64,000 nt of DNA from Camelus dromedarius (lineage: Eukaryota), in NCBI RefSeq assembly GCF_036321535.1, contig NC_087437.1, positions 15,316,001 to 15,380,000 of the forward strand, read 5' to 3'. Positions within the stretch are counted from its first letter, which is position 1. The number at the start of each line of letters is the position of its first letter. The notes beneath the pieces are model-generated. The model worked only from the letters and a program-made list of their open reading frames with translations, did not search any database and was not told the DNA's origin. The position numbers were made by a program, and so were the translations under genes. Shown here in pieces: positions 62,875-64,000 of the stretch.

Positions 62875-64000
62875 CCCTACGCACATGCATGTGCGTGCAC
62901 ACATGCACAAGCGGACACTTACCACCCCTGTTCAGGACACATTTGCTGCTCATCTGTGTCTCAGCACAGAAACACAAGAGTTCCTGCTTAGGACCTCTTT
63001 CCCACTCTCCCTCCAGGGCTATGCCTAGAGATGTTTTCCAGGTGCTTTTAGATGTCTAGAGGCATCCACATCAGTCATCACGACCATCACAGCGCAGTTC
63101 TTGCTACGCACTCGGCATTGTTCACTACTTTTCATTCTGCATCTCATTTACTCCTAGCGACAACTCTAAGACTCAGAGAAGTTAATTTGCTTGGGATCAC
63201 ACAGATGATCCCAGATAGGAACCTAGGTCTTTCCTACCCATATCTGTGCACTTCACCACGCCACGACACTTGGACACCAAAGCCAGGGTTCAGCAAATGT
63301 TCCAGCAGGATGTGGGGTTCTGAGACATGCTGTGTCTCAGCCACCAGGGGCCGCTATTTCCCCATGCTCGGGTCAGGAACTTGGCAGCTGACCCCCAGAG
63401 ACAGAGCTTGTCCTCCACAGAACACAGTCTGAACTTGGACTTGTGAACCCAAGCGAGTCCCCCAAATTCAAGGGTGCCTTCCCCACTTTACCACAGCCCT
63501 CAGCACAGCCTTCAGCTTTCCTGCACCCCACCCACATGAAAGGAAGCATGAGAGGTTGGCCATTGCAGATGCCAAAGGAGAAGTCTGAACGTGGAATTCT
63601 TCTGCCCTGTGAGAATTGTGATCCAGAGAAAGAGAAATGACTGATCTGTCACCTCACTCCTCATAGGAGCACTTGGCTGCATATGACAAAAAAAAAAAAA
63701 AAAAAAAAAAAAAGACAGTCTGTTCAGATCTGACATCAGTCTCCCAAATTCAAACCCGTCAAAACCATTTGAAAGTCTGTCTGTTATCATTTGTCATGAG
63801 CTTTGCTATAATACCAAATGTAGCTGTGTCTTGATATCATTAGTCCTGGGGACAGGAGCACACCTGTGTGCTGTATCAGAGATGCAAGCAAAAACACGTT
63901 TGGAGACTGAAGCCCAGATCAAAAGACTTGGAGATCACGGTGTGTGCTGCTGCCAGCAGTCCAGCATTCCTGTCCTGACAGCTCTTTGAATCTGCTGTGG

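Noticed and set aside
1..64000. CRISPR array, operon or other prokaryote-type system; additional host exons
   Set aside because: No regularly spaced repeat-spacer array. The sequence is mammalian intron/intergenic DNA, and no other ORF resembled a protein I recognise. Unannotated lncRNA exons cannot be excluded without transcript data.

Overview
Mammalian genomic DNA, most likely from a camelid: there are 11 copies of a tRNA-Ala-derived SINE resembling camelid Vic-1, plus lineage L1 tails. The only host protein-coding sequence I can support is coding exon 1 of RYK (Wnt co-receptor pseudokinase), on the minus strand at 18063-17835 inside a CpG island. Bases 1-17834 are RYK intron 1 (exon 2 was not found in the window). 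Bases from about 18400 to 64000 are repeat-dense upstream intergenic sequence (L1, L2, MIR, HAL1, MaLR/ERVL/ERV1 LTRs, hAT and Tc-mariner fossils). Almost all other ORFs in the track are repeat-derived or GC-rich artefacts. I found no evidence for a new multi-gene system. The most notable items are: a 5'-truncated nucleolin (NCL) retrocopy nested in an L1; two uORFs ahead of the RYK ATG, one encoding MPP-R8; a twin-primed inverted L1 carrying a ~175-bp copy of local unique DNA; a second local templated copy inside a MER5A; a MER41-like LTR with degenerate tandem GAS sites; and two different solo LTRs whose target sites are 3 bp apart. Repeat family names and comparisons to other species come from my recall of consensus sequences, not a database search. 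Repeat boundaries without a stated TSD are approximate.
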